Counted from the first letter of the stretch, positions 32,802-42,717 are shown. The stretch: DNA of 64,000 nucleotides from an uncultured Bacteroidota bacterium (GCA_963746925.1 CAVVDK010000001.1:39062-103061); one strand, 5' to 3'. Program-made: numbers and translations. The notes: generated by a model not told the origin, from the sequence alone.

Positions 32802-34289
32802 TTGACGCTCCAAAGAGACATTCCGCTAAATAGGTTCCTGTTTACAGGATTTCTCACGGTCCTGGCTATGCGGCTCGTGATGGTATTCACGATGGGCGTC
32901 ATGCCTCAGGATGCGTATTATTACTTCTACAGTGAGCACCTTGCCCTCTCCTACTTCGATCATCCACCCGGTGTCGCCATTTATCTCTGGCTCTTCACAC
33001 ATCTCCTGGGAGCGCATGCCTGGAGTCTGAAGCTGGCGGATTTCCTGATCGCATGTTTCACGCTGTTCGTGTTTTACCGGCTCGCACAACGCTTTCTGTC
33101 GCGGCAGCGCAGCGTGTGGAGTGTCTTCCTGTTTGGTACGACGCTCATTGTTACAGATATCAGCATTGTTTCAACGCCGGATGTGCCGCTGATGCTCTTT
33201 TGGGGACTTGCCCTGATCGCACTCTATGATGCCTTGCACCGGCCACGCATCTGGCAGTGGTTCCTTGCGGGATTGCTTGCAGGGCTTGCTTTTGACAGCA
33301 AATACACTGCGGCCTACTTGCCGGCGGGGTTGTTTGTATTCCTCATCCTGTCAAAAGAGTATCGCCGCCGTCTTTATTTTGGTCGATTCGCTGTGTACGT
33401 CTGCACCTTTGTGACAACTGCACTACCTGTGATCCTGTGGAATGTCAGGCATCAGTTCGCCTCTTTTCAATTTCAGTCCGGTGAGCGCATGGCATCAATG
33501 ATGCAATTGGATTTGCGTCCGCAATATTTTTTTGGCACCATCGGGCATCAGATGCTCATGGTGTTGCCAGTACTTTTTATTTCGATCATGATCGTATCCT
33601 GGAAGTATTGTGTACGCATTCTGAAACGTTTGAGGATGCCAGATGGTGATACATTGTTTTTATTGATTTTCAGTGTTCCGTTGTTGCTGTTCTTCTTCGC
33701 GATTTCATGGATCTATTGGGTAAAGATCAATTGGATGCTGCCTGCGTATTTCACGGGGTGTATCCTTGCCTTCCGGTTTTTGCGCCGGAAGCACATGAGA
33801 GCGCAGATGATCACCGCAATCATCGTGCATGTGCTCGTCATGGTGCAGATTGTATTTTATCCGGTGCCCATCCAGTCTGATGATACGTATTGGGGCTGGC
33901 GAAAATTGACCACTGCCGTAACGTCCTTGCACCAACAATATCCTGGTCATTTCCTGTTTTCCAATGATGGATATAAAACGACTGCTATTCTGAATTTTTA
34001 TCTCGACACGAAAGTATACGCAGGCAATATCATTGGCCACCCGGCATTGCAATATTCGATTGTAGATAAGGATCTTTCGTCGCTGGCCGGTAGGAATGCG
34101 TTATTCATTGACTCGCAAAACATGCCTTCCCGCTTTGACAAGAACTACGTCCCGCCGCCTGAGCTCTCGCGCTATTTCACTGCGATCAGGGTACTTCCGG
34201 TCATTACCCTGTACGACCATTGGGGACGGGCACTACGGCAATTTGCTGTGGTGGAATGTCTGCATTATCAGCCGGCCGGTAAGAGGTAG
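32802..34289 (+). CDS. ArnT/PMT-like glycosyltransferase (GT39/GT83 family) membrane protein.
   Basis: 495-aa polytopic membrane protein with a 'DAYYY..SE.L..SYFDHPP' N-terminal motif. Confidence 0.6.
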   Translation: MTLQRDIPLNRFLFTGFLTVLAMRLVMVFTMGVMPQDAYYYFYSEHLALSYFDHPPGVAIYLWLFTHLLGAHAWSLKLADFLIACFTLFVFYRLAQRFLSRQRSVWSVFLFGTTLIVTDISIVSTPDVPLMLFWGLALIALYDALHRPRIWQWFLAGLLAGLAFDSKYTAAYLPAGLFVFLILSKEYRRRLYFGRFAVYVCTFVTTALPVILWNVRHQFASFQFQSGERMASMMQLDLRPQYFFGTIGHQMLMVLPVLFISIMIVSWKYCVRILKRLRMPDGDTLFLLIFSVPLLLFFFAISWIYWVKINWMLPAYFTGCILAFRFLRRKHMRAQMITAIIVHVLVMVQIVFYPVPIQSDDTYWGWRKLTTAVTSLHQQYPGHFLFSNDGYKTTAILNFYLDTKVYAGNIIGHPALQYSIVDKDLSSLAGRNALFIDSQNMPSRFDKNYVPPPELSRYFTAIRVLPVITLYDHWGRALRQFAVVECLHYQPAGKR

Positions 34290-34710
34290 GGGCTGAGATT
34301 ACAATCCGGGGTATCTGGTTCAGGTTCGTTTCAACAATTCCAACTTGACCAATATCTGACAAGTGGGTACCGCACGGGGAGTGTCTTTCCGTCTAAAGGA
34401 GTATTTGGGTCAAAATATTATTTTGGACTAACGGTTAGTTTCATATCATATTCTCCGGTAACCCGTTCTCGCAAGTCCATACAACCAAATATTTGGCAAC
34501 GTCTCTCCTGAATTTCCAGGCCGTCTGATTCGTTTTCAGACTTATCGCCTGAAATAACCGTTAGTTCCACATATTCTTCGGTATGGCATTCAAATTATTC
34601 CCTTGGCCCAAACATTATTTGTATTCAACTATCACATCCTCCAATCTGGATGCACATGGTTCTTGGCTGTGAACAGTATCTTCGCTTTCTTCAAGTTGTC
34701 AGATATTGTC

Positions 34711-35952
34711 ATGAAACCATTTATCCTGTTTATCACTATGACGATTGGTACGAGTGTCGTTGCACAATCCGGAGAGGACGCGCTGCTGCAAAAAGCAGAA
34801 ACATTGGCGCACAAGTTTATTATTTTGGACGGCCATATCGATCTGCCCTATCATCTGTGGTCTAAGCACTTTCAGATTGACCGCGACGGGGCTATGCTCA
34901 TTGACGCGATGAGCGGAAATTTTGACTATCATCGTGCAAAGGCGGGCGGGTTGGACGCACCCTTCATGTCCATTTTCGTCCCGGCGAGTTACCAGGAAGA
35001 GGCAAACGGCGGCGCAAAGGAATACGCCGACACCCTGATCGATTTGGTAGATGGGATCATCGCAGCATACCCGGACAAATTTGCAAAGGCGCTTTCTCCT
35101 GACGATATCGAACTCAATTTCAAGAATGGCCTCATCTCACTACCGATGGGCATGGAAAACGGGGCGCCATTACTCACTCTTGCCGATGTCAATTACTTCT
35201 ATCAGCGCGGTATCCGGTATGTGACACTCACACATGGCAAGGATAATCAGATCGGAGACAGCTCCTATGATGAAAAGCGCAAATGGCACGGCTTGAGTCC
35301 ATATGGTAAAGAGGTGGTCGCTGAAATGAACAGGCTTGGGATCATGGTTGACATCTCGCATGTCTCCGACGAGACCTTCTATCAGGTTATTGAAATTTCA
35401 AAAGCGCCGGTGATCGCCTCGCATTCGTCATGTCGGGCATTTACACCGGGCTTTGAACGGAATATGGATGACAAGATGATTCGCACCCTCGCACAGCATG
35501 GTGGCGTGATTCAAATCACATTCGGGTCTTCCTTCGTTGACAATACTGTCAGGCAGTGGCATGAAGTACAGCGCGATTCCCTTGATGCATTTCTTGCAAC
35601 AAAAGGACTGAAAGCGGATGACGAGGCTGCAAAGCCGGAGATCAAAGCATATCATCAGGCCCATCCCAAACCTTTTGCAGATGTCGAAACCGTCGCAGAT
35701 CATATCGATCATGTCGTGCAGCTGGTAGGGATTGATCATGTTGGACTCGGGTCTGATTTTGACGGGGTCGGGGATTCATTGCCCACAGGCTTGAAAGACG
35801 TGAGCGACTATCCGAACCTGATCGCGGTGCTCCTGAAACGAGGTTACTCAAACTCAGACATCGCGAAAATCTGTTACAAAAATGTGTTTCGGGTCTGGAG
35901 AGAAGTCGAGAATGTTGCAACTCAAATGCAGAAGAAAAACAGTTTGAAATAA
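34711..35952 (+). CDS. Membrane dipeptidase (peptidase family M19), secreted.
   Basis: Signal peptide MKPFILFITMTIGTSVVAQ; 'DGHIDLPYHL', 'HVSD', 'SDFDG' metal-binding blocks. The ORF-track N-terminal extension is rejected. Confidence 0.75.
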   Translation: MKPFILFITMTIGTSVVAQSGEDALLQKAETLAHKFIILDGHIDLPYHLWSKHFQIDRDGAMLIDAMSGNFDYHRAKAGGLDAPFMSIFVPASYQEEANGGAKEYADTLIDLVDGIIAAYPDKFAKALSPDDIELNFKNGLISLPMGMENGAPLLTLADVNYFYQRGIRYVTLTHGKDNQIGDSSYDEKRKWHGLSPYGKEVVAEMNRLGIMVDISHVSDETFYQVIEISKAPVIASHSSCRAFTPGFERNMDDKMIRTLAQHGGVIQITFGSSFVDNTVRQWHEVQRDSLDAFLATKGLKADDEAAKPEIKAYHQAHPKPFADVETVADHIDHVVQLVGIDHVGLGSDFDGVGDSLPTGLKDVSDYPNLIAVLLKRGYSNSDIAKICYKNVFRVWREVENVATQMQKKNSLK

Positions 35953-36055
35953 TTAAATTAAATAATATGGATATTGGGAATTTGCCTGCAACCCATACCT
36001 GTCACTGGATGAACACGGGTGTGTCGCATATCGTGCTCGCCCTTGTTCTACAGGT

Positions 36056-37017
36056 TCACATCTTCACAAAAGCCAGCGCCTTATGCCCCTGAGGATATCT
36101 GAGATGCAGATAGTACAGTCCCGGTGGCAAATCGCGTACATTTAATGACCTATTGCCTATTTGTGCCAGGTCAGCAGGTGTATATTCCCTGATCACCCCT
36201 CCCCGGTTGTCGTACAAGACCCCAAACAGTTTCGCGGAAGAAACTCCTGAAGTCGACAAGAACATCTCAGTAGATACGGGATTTGGCCACAACCTGAAAT
36301 CGCTTTGCGGCAGAATCCAAACTGTCACTGTTGGAATCGTCACAGTCACCATACCGGTGGCAAGCATGCAATCCTTTGAATCCGTCACTTCCAGCATATA
36401 GTTTCCGGGAGGAAGATCCAAAGGACATCGGTCACGGAAGTAATGGTGACCATCAATGGTGTTTCCAGATTTCCGGATCCGGATGTCGTGACAATAAGAT
36501 CGCCACTACTGCTCCCATTCCCATTGGCAATATTGCAGCTGCGCAATAGGTTACAGGTCCGCTTCCTACTGGTGCTGTCCTGTCAACTGTCCACGACACC
36601 ATGTGATTTATGTCGAACGTTTGCGCGGGGTTGTGCTCGTGATACATCCGGCCGTTTTGAGACTGGATCGTCGAATGCGGTCCAGGGTTGGAGAGAGTAC
36701 CTGCGTTTTGATTGTTGCTGTTCAAAATCACCATTTGAAATCCTCCAAACACGCCCAGGCCATTCGGGTTTGCGTCTGTGAGAGTCAATGTATAGGTGGT
36801 ATTTGCAATAATGGTCGACGGAAATCCCGCGATGGAAATGCTGCCGTCTTGCATCCCGGAGCCAAGGCTATGGCTCTGTACACAGGCTTTCCCCCGGTGC
36901 ACCAGTGAATCCATTCGGTGGATTGTTGAAATTCGCAGAGGACAGTATGATGATACAGAATAAAATGGCCGTCGCGATAGATAGCCGGGTTTGAGCGAGG
37001 ATCGAGGATCGCCTCAT
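36056..37017 (-). pseudogene. T9SS type A sorting-domain cargo protein gene interrupted by two frameshifts. A signal-peptide exon-like fragment (37017-36868) is followed by a middle fragment (36914-36453) and a C-terminal fragment ending in the sorting domain (36505-36056).
   Basis: Frame 1: 'MRRSSILAQTRLSIATAILFCIIILSSANFNNPPNGFTGAPGESLCTEP*'. Frame 2 continues 'KACVQSHS...TYTLTLTDANPNG'. Frame 3 ends with 'LPPGNYMLEVTD..GC', 'WPNPVS', and 'LPPGLYYLHLRYPQGHKALAFVKM' (type A sorting domain). A C5 homopolymer at 36893-36897 sits exactly at the first frame junction. Confidence 0.5.
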
Positions 37018-37262
37018 GGCAGCGACATTTTTGACGACTCCATTGCGGAGCAGTTTCCTTTACAAAGAATACGGATGGATGCCTTTACTGGTGAGGTGTC
37101 ACAAAATAGGAAGTTCTCATGGGAATTAGAACTATCCGGCATCTGTGATGCCTGAACCACAGAAACCCGTGAAAAAGGCCGTGAATATCGCAGACGGGCG
37201 AAAATTCAACTGTTTTTCAGGCATTTATGAAAAAATAATCCTGAAATTTCCCCGCGTTTCGT

Positions 37263-37292
37263 TTGTTTTTCATCTAAAGAACAATACTTTTG
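37263..37292 (+). promoter_or_regulatory. Putative Bacteroidota sigma-A promoter for the rplM operon (-33 TTTG at 37263, -7 TACTTTTG at 37285).
   Basis: Matches the established TTTG-N19-TAnnTTTG Bacteroidetes consensus. About 55 bp upstream of rplM. Confidence 0.4.
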
Positions 37293-37346
37293 CGTCCGCT
37301 TTTTTCCGAGGGATACCGATGGAGGGGCAATTAAACCTTACAAACA

Positions 37347-37790
37347 ATGGATTCAAGAAGCTACAAAACGCTATCCGCCAAAAAAGAAACTGCAGTTGGC
37401 AAATGGTATGTTGTCGATGCTGAGGGACAGATCCTTGGCCGTTTGTGCAGTAAAGTGGCACATGTGCTGCGCGGCAAGCACCGTCCTGACTATACGCCAC
37501 ATGTCGATTGCGGTGACAATGTCATTGTGGTCAATGCAGACAAAATCCGAGTGACCGGCGACAAAGCGGACACCAAGGAGTATATCCGCTACACAGGCTA
37601 CCCGGGAGGATTGCGAACGACTTTGTTCAAGGAAATGTTGAATAAGACGCCTGAACGCATCATTGAAATCGGGGTCAAAGGGATGCTCCCCAAAAATAAG
37701 CTCGGTCGTGGCATGTTCAGGAAACTTCATGTCTTCGCCGGTGCCGAGCATCCTCATCAGGCTCAAAAACCCGAATCACTCAACGTCTAA
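37347..37790 (+). CDS. rplM: 50S ribosomal protein L13.
   Basis: 147 aa, 'WYVVDA.GQ.LGRL'. Confidence 0.9.
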   Translation: MDSRSYKTLSAKKETAVGKWYVVDAEGQILGRLCSKVAHVLRGKHRPDYTPHVDCGDNVIVVNADKIRVTGDKADTKEYIRYTGYPGGLRTTLFKEMLNKTPERIIEIGVKGMLPKNKLGRGMFRKLHVFAGAEHPHQAQKPESLNV

Positions 37791-37799
37791 TCATCAATT

Positions 37800-38186
37800 A
37801 TGGATACAATTAACACAATTGGGAGAAGGAAAGCATCGGTCGCCCGTGTCTACGTGAAGAATGGATCAGGGAACATCGTTATCAATGGTCGCCCTTTCGA
37901 AAACTATTTCCCTCAGGCAATCATTCAAAACACGGTCACATCACCGATGCGACTTGTGGATCAGCTCAGCAACTATGACGTCAATATTAATGTGCAGGGA
38001 GGTGGCTTCAAAGGACAGGCCGAGGCGATCCGGATGGGGCTGGCGCGTGCGCTGGTGACGCTCAATGCAGATTTCAGGCCACCGCTGAAAGAGGCGAAGT
38101 TTCTGACGCGTGACGCGCGCGTTGTGGAGCGCAAGAAGTATGGCAAGCCAAAGGCGAGAAAGAGCTTCCAGTTCAGCAAACGTTAA
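37800..38186 (+). CDS. rpsI: 30S ribosomal protein S9.
   Basis: 128 aa ending 'PQFSKR'. Confidence 0.9.
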   Translation: MDTINTIGRRKASVARVYVKNGSGNIVINGRPFENYFPQAIIQNTVTSPMRLVDQLSNYDVNINVQGGGFKGQAEAIRMGLARALVTLNADFRPPLKEAKFLTRDARVVERKKYGKPKARKSFQFSKR

Positions 38187-38228
38187 TCCATTTATTATTT
38201 CAGAATCATCTTATTAACTGAGCGCAAT

Positions 38229-38954
38229 ATGCAATTACCCGGATATCAGGAATTACTGGATGCAGGTGTACACTTCGGTCACCTGAAGCGCAAATGGAAT
38301 CCCAAAATGGCGCAGTACATCTTTATGGAGCGGCGCGGGATTCACATTATCGACCTGAATAAAACATCGGAGGCGCTGCACAAGGCCTGCATGGCTGCCC
38401 ATCAGATGGCTAAGTCTGGTAAGAAAATCCTCTTTGTAGCGACGAAGAAACAAGGAAGGGATATCGTCGCTCAGGCTGCGCAATCTGTCGGCATGCCCTA
38501 TGTCACCGACCGTTGGCTGGGCGGTATGATGACGAATTTCTCTACGATCCGTCGCTCCGTAAAGAAGATGAATAACATTGAGCAGATGCTCGGCGATGGA
38601 AGTTTGAGTAGCGTGACAAAAAAAGAACGTCTCACGCTGTCGCGGGAAAAACAAAAGCTGGAAAAAGTACTCGGCGGAATCGCAGGCATCAACAGGCTGC
38701 CCTCGGCACTCTTTATCGTGGACATCCATCATGAACATATTGCTTTGGCGGAAGCTCAGAAACTGGGGCTGCGGACTATTGGGATCGTGGATACGAATTC
38801 TGACCCGACGCAGGTCGACTTTGCAATTCCTGCCAATGACGATGCCTCCAAATCAATCGCCATTATTACAGAGGCTGTCACCAACGCCATTCGTGAAGGG
38901 CTCGAAGAACGCAAGAAAATCCGTGAAGAACGTACGGCCGAAACAGAAGCCTGA
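38229..38954 (+). CDS. rpsB: 30S ribosomal protein S2.
   Basis: 241 aa, 'GVHFGH..R.WNPKM'. Confidence 0.9.
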   Translation: MQLPGYQELLDAGVHFGHLKRKWNPKMAQYIFMERRGIHIIDLNKTSEALHKACMAAHQMAKSGKKILFVATKKQGRDIVAQAAQSVGMPYVTDRWLGGMMTNFSTIRRSVKKMNNIEQMLGDGSLSSVTKKERLTLSREKQKLEKVLGGIAGINRLPSALFIVDIHHEHIALAEAQKLGLRTIGIVDTNSDPTQVDFAIPANDDASKSIAIITEAVTNAIREGLEERKKIREERTAETEA

Positions 38955-39025
38955 ACCCTGGCAGGGTTGTATTGTTGATCCCGTGATATCAGTATCATTT
39001 TAAATAAAACAGAAGGAGAATTTTC

Positions 39026-39850
39026 ATGGTCAGTGCACAAGATGTAAAGAAGCTCCGCGATATGACCAATGCGGGAATGATGGATTGTAAACAGGCGCTC
39101 ACTGAAGCAGAGGGAGATTTCGAAAAAGCAATCGAAATTTTACGCAAGAAAGGACAAAAGCTCTCTGTCAAACGGGCGGAACGCGAAGCAAAGGAAGGTG
39201 TGGTGATCGCACTGGTGTCTGATGATAAAAAACGCGGGATCGTTCTGAGGCTGAGCAGTGAGACGGATTTCGTCGCAAAAAATGAAGAGTTCGTGACCCT
39301 CGCCAAAGACTTTGCGCAGCTTGCACTGGAAAACTTTCCGGCCGATAGAGAAGCGCTGTTGCATCTGCAGTTCAACGGGATTACGATCGGCGACAAGATT
39401 GTGGAGCAGGTCGGTGTCATCGGGGAAAAAATAGAATTGTCGGATTACGAGAGACTGGAAGCCGACCTCGTCGTCCCATATATTCATATGGGCTATCGTG
39501 CCGGTGTTATTGTCGGAATGAACAAACAGGATGATAAGGTCGAAGAGGCAGGCAAAAACCTGGCAATGCAAGTGGCTGCAATGAAACCGATCGCGGTAGA
39601 CCAAAAGGATGTGGACCAATCTGTCATCGAAAAAGAAATGGAGATCGGCAAAGAACAGGCGCGTCTCGAAGGCAAACCGGAGCAGATGCTTGATCAGATC
39701 GCAAAAGGGAAAGTGAATAAGTTTCTTAAGGAAAGTACACTCCTGGGACAGGCCTATGTCAAAGACAGTGCGCTGTCAGTGCGCGATTATCTGAAAAATG
39801 TCGGCGATGGCGTGACGGTGACAGGATTCCGACATGTCGCGTTGGGATGA
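39026..39850 (+). CDS. tsf: Translation elongation factor Ts.
   Basis: 274 aa, 'LR..T.AGMMDCK.AL'. Confidence 0.9.
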   Translation: MVSAQDVKKLRDMTNAGMMDCKQALTEAEGDFEKAIEILRKKGQKLSVKRAEREAKEGVVIALVSDDKKRGIVLRLSSETDFVAKNEEFVTLAKDFAQLALENFPADREALLHLQFNGITIGDKIVEQVGVIGEKIELSDYERLEADLVVPYIHMGYRAGVIVGMNKQDDKVEEAGKNLAMQVAAMKPIAVDQKDVDQSVIEKEMEIGKEQARLEGKPEQMLDQIAKGKVNKFLKESTLLGQAYVKDSALSVRDYLKNVGDGVTVTGFRHVALG

Positions 39851-39864
39851 CGAAATATTGAAAA

Positions 39865-39895
39865 AAGCGAGTCGCTAAAGACTCGCTTTTTTTAT
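39865..39895 (+). terminator. Rho-independent terminator after tsf: stem AGCGAGTC/GACTCGCT followed by T8.
   Basis: Hairpin plus U-tract seen directly. It probably attenuates rather than blocks, since pyrH follows 27 bp later. Confidence 0.55.
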
Positions 39896-39921
39896 AACTA
39901 TAACCCTGAGAAGACATCTGC

Positions 39922-40626
39922 ATGAAATACAACAGAGTACTCCTGAAACTCAGCGGCGAGTCGTTGATGGGTGAACAAAAGTTCGGTATCGACCCGGAAC
40001 GTCTGAGCCACTACGCCCATGAAATCCAGAGTGCCGCAGAACTTGGCACCCAGGTATCTGTCGTCATTGGCGGCGGAAATATCTTTCGCGGCCTGCAGGC
40101 GGAGACAACGGGAATCGAAAAGGTACAGGGCGATTATATGGGCATGATCGCAACCCTGATCAACGGTATGGCACTCCAGAGCGCGCTTGAGAAAATCGGT
40201 GTTCACACACGACTGATGTCGGCGATAGAGATCCGGGAAGTGGCGGAACCGTATATCCGCAGGCGTGCCATACGCCACCTGGAAAAAAACAGGGTCGTCA
40301 TTTTTGGCGCCGGCACTGGTAGCCCTTATTTCACCACAGATAGCGCTGCAGCGCTCCGCGCCAGTGAGATCGCAGCGGATGTCCTTCTGAAGGGAACACG
40401 GGTAGATGGTGTCTATACTGCTGACCCGGAAAGCAACCCTGATGCACAACGCATCGATGTGATGACATTTACACAGGTCATCAGCGATGGCCTGCGCGTT
40501 ATGGACATGACAGCATTTACGCTATGTCATGAAAATAATCTACCTATCGTGGTCTTCGATATCAATACTCCCGGCAACCTCAGGAAGATCATCGAGGGCG
40601 AACAGATCGGCAGCAGGATTGGTTAA
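39922..40626 (+). CDS. pyrH: UMP kinase.
   Basis: 234 aa, 'LLKLSGE', 'GGGN..RG'. Confidence 0.9.
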   Translation: MKYNRVLLKLSGESLMGEQKFGIDPERLSHYAHEIQSAAELGTQVSVVIGGGNIFRGLQAETTGIEKVQGDYMGMIATLINGMALQSALEKIGVHTRLMSAIEIREVAEPYIRRRAIRHLEKNRVVIFGAGTGSPYFTTDSAAALRASEIAADVLLKGTRVDGVYTADPESNPDAQRIDVMTFTQVISDGLRVMDMTAFTLCHENNLPIVVFDINTPGNLRKIIEGEQIGSRIG

Positions 40627-40794
40627 AAGAAGGCTGTGCGCTGTTTGTTGTTTGCTGTTCGGGGTTAAATCAGCTTTTTTAAGTCATCTATGTTGAGTTG
40701 ATCGGCGATACTTTTGAGATCGTCCACGTCACATTTTACACCATCCAGCGCTACAACAAACCGGTTTTCGATGATCATCGCAAGTTCGCTGGAG

Positions 40795-40920
40795 CCATCC
40801 TGCTTAAAGATTGGAAAGATTGGAAACAATTGGAAAGATTTGAAATAATTGGAAAGATTCAATATGGTGCTCCAATCTCTCCACTCTCCCCCAATCTCCC
40901 CAATCTCTCACAATCTCCCC
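40795..40920. repeat. Palindromic repeat module 1: (GATTGGAAA)x~4, spacer TGGTGCTC, then degenerate (CCAATCTCC)x~5. The arms are reverse complements of each other.
   Basis: Seen directly. The right arm overlaps the last 4 codons (LGRL) of the four-helix-bundle protein gene. Confidence 0.6.
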
Positions 40921-41270
40921 AAATAATTAATATATCCCCTTGTGGATTTTAAAGCGGCATATACAAGTTTTCGTCCTTGTGCAACTCCTTGTTCAGTGCT
41001 TCTCCCTTCGTCAACAGCAATTGTTAAATCGTCGAGTATCTCATGTAACGATCCCAATGCAATTCTACAAAACTGCATATTCTCTCTATGGTGATGCCGG
41101 CCAAATCCTTCCGCGATATTTCGTGTTGAAGACCTTGCGGCGCGACGAATATTTTGAATGAAATCCCGATCCTGAATGCCTTCCTTATCCAGAAACGCAT
41201 TAACCCAGTTTCTGACAGCACGACATTTCTGATAGCAATCCAATTCCGTAAAAGAATGGTATGTGGGCAT
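40908..41270 (-). CDS. Four-helix-bundle protein (family also annotated as 23S rRNA intervening-sequence protein).
   Basis: 120 aa. 'QNIRRAARSSTRNIAEGFGR' and 'LGSLHEILDDLTIAVDEG' match the widespread Bacteroidota four-helix-bundle family. Confidence 0.7.
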   Translation of the reverse strand: MPTYHSFTELDCYQKCRAVRNWVNAFLDKEGIQDRDFIQNIRRAARSSTRNIAEGFGRHHHRENMQFCRIALGSLHEILDDLTIAVDEGRSTEQGVAQGRKLVYAALKSTRGYINYLGRL

Positions 41271-41282
41271 TTTACGGTGGTT

Positions 41283-41370
41283 TGCATAAAGATTGGAAAA
41301 ATTGGCAAAATTCCATGGTGCTCCAATCTCTCCAATCTCCCCAATCTCCCCAATCTCCCCAATCTCCCCA
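41283..41370. repeat. Palindromic repeat module 2: GATTGGAAAAATTGGCAAAA, spacer TTCCATGGTGCTC, then (C/T)CCAATCTC x5.4. The right arm is truncated by the IS insertion.
   Basis: Seen directly. Shares the 'TGGTGCTCCAATCTCTCCA' core with module 1. Confidence 0.6.
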
Positions 41371-41413
41371 TGGACTGACCCCCCATTTCTGAAACGATTC
41401 TCCCTTAATCAAA

Positions 41414-42370
41414 TCAGCCCCACGCGCTAGCATCCTGTTTGATTGGCAAACCCTCGTTGGTTCCTAGGAGGGTATTGTCAATCAAACAGTCTGCCCAAAC
41501 GCTCGCGTTGAATCCAGGCATTCTTTCCTGAATAAACTCGAGTGGAGACTGGTAATCTACTCCTGAATGAATTCTCTCGGTATTGTAAAAATGAATAAAT
41601 CGATGCATTGTGTGCCACAATTGTGCGAATGTCTCGAATGTATACCTGTAGCAAATCAACTTTTCAACAATAGAGTGAAACGATTCTATGTGAGCATTTT
41701 GCTCCGGAGTGGCTGGCTTCGTAAACTCCTGGACTACCTGATTATTCGAGAAAAATGCTCTGACTTTATTTGCAATGAACTGTGAGCCATTGTCATTTCG
41801 TACGTACACGGTCGCTGGTGTTTTATAGTGGCTGAAGATTCTTTTGAACAGCATAACTACTTTGGTATTCGTCACACTATGCGACAGATAGTATCCCATG
41901 ACCCACCGACTTAATACATCAATGACGGTGACTTGCATCACGTTTTGCCTCTTTCCATGTACATATAAGTATTTGATATCCACTTCAAGATGTTTGAAAA
42001 TTGAATCAGGCTTCGGGACCAACTCTTCTACCCAAACACGCGGACTTCTCATCACAAACAGCTTGGGATTCAGCAACTTACTCTCCTTCATCAATCGGTA
42101 TACCTTCTTCTTATTGATCAAATACCCTTTTCGGTCCTGTAACCAATGGGTTACTTTCAGATATCCGTAGTCGACAAATTCCTGCCTGAGTAAATTCTCG
42201 ATGTCTTGTATCACTTCTGCATTAGTGACCCAGCTTCCGTCTTTGCGAAGAGTGAATTCACTCGCACATTTACCCCGTTTACCTTCTTTCCGTTCATAAT
42301 AAAAGGTGCTCGCATTGATCTGCGCAGCTTGAAGCACTTTTCGAACTGGATATCCCTGACTGATAAACAT
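41414..42370 (-). CDS. IS3 transposase OrfB (DDE integrase core), expressed via a -1 frameshift from OrfA.
   Basis: 318 aa, rve-type integrase catalytic core. Sits in the -1 frame relative to orfA, with AAAAAAAAC at 42404-42412. Confidence 0.75.
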   Translation of the reverse strand: MFISQGYPVRKVLQAAQINASTFYYERKEGKRGKCASEFTLRKDGSWVTNAEVIQDIENLLRQEFVDYGYLKVTHWLQDRKGYLINKKKVYRLMKESKLLNPKLFVMRSPRVWVEELVPKPDSIFKHLEVDIKYLYVHGKRQNVMQVTVIDVLSRWVMGYYLSHSVTNTKVVMLFKRIFSHYKTPATVYVRNDNGSQFIANKVRAFFSNNQVVQEFTKPATPEQNAHIESFHSIVEKLICYRYTFETFAQLWHTMHRFIHFYNTERIHSGVDYQSPLEFIQERMPGFNASVWADCLIDNTLLGTNEGLPIKQDASAWG

Positions 42371-42375
42371 CTGTG

Positions 42376-42717
42376 CTACTTCTTTACGATCCGCTTTTGT
42401 AACGCTGTTTTTTTTAACAGCTCATCCTTCACTCTAATCTGCAATGCCTGATCCGCTATCACTTGCCTGAGCTGTTGATTCTCCAGGAGCAGATCCCGCT
42501 TCTCAGGATCTACAGACTCATGTTTTGCCTCTAGACCCGCTTCTCCAAGTGTTTCATACTTCTCCTTCCATCGATAAAACATCCCATAGTATATCTCATA
42601 CTTGCGGATCGTCGCCGTGACCCCTGCAACTTCAGATTCCTTGAGTATCTGGAGCTTCTCAGCACTGCTCCATTTCCTAGGTTTCTTTCCCATATTCTTC
42701 CAATTTAGTTGTTTCAC
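42376..42717 (-). CDS. IS3 transposase OrfA (HTH/leucine-zipper part).
   Basis: 113 aa, 'YSAEKLQILKE' HTH; ends just before the slippery A-run. Confidence 0.75.
   Translation of the reverse strand: MKQLNWKNMGKKPRKWSSAEKLQILKESEVAGVTATIRKYEIYYGMFYRWKEKYETLGEAGLEAKHESVDPEKRDLLLENQQLRQVIADQALQIRVKDELLKKTALQKRIVKK

Noticed and set aside
36893-36897. Alternative reading of the T9SS cargo gene as three separate small genes
   Set aside because: The motif continuity across frames (GAPG|KACVQSH, and the SprB-like repeat running into the sorting domain) shows a single ancestral ORF. The first break sits at a homopolymer.
41024-41386. 120-aa minus ORF beginning MGGQSMGRLGRLGRLGRL, and the plus ORF 42602-42895 containing PISPISPISPIS
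   Set aside because: These are translations of the CCCCAATCT tandem arrays. The periodic peptides are an artefact of the 9-bp repeat, not coding sequence.
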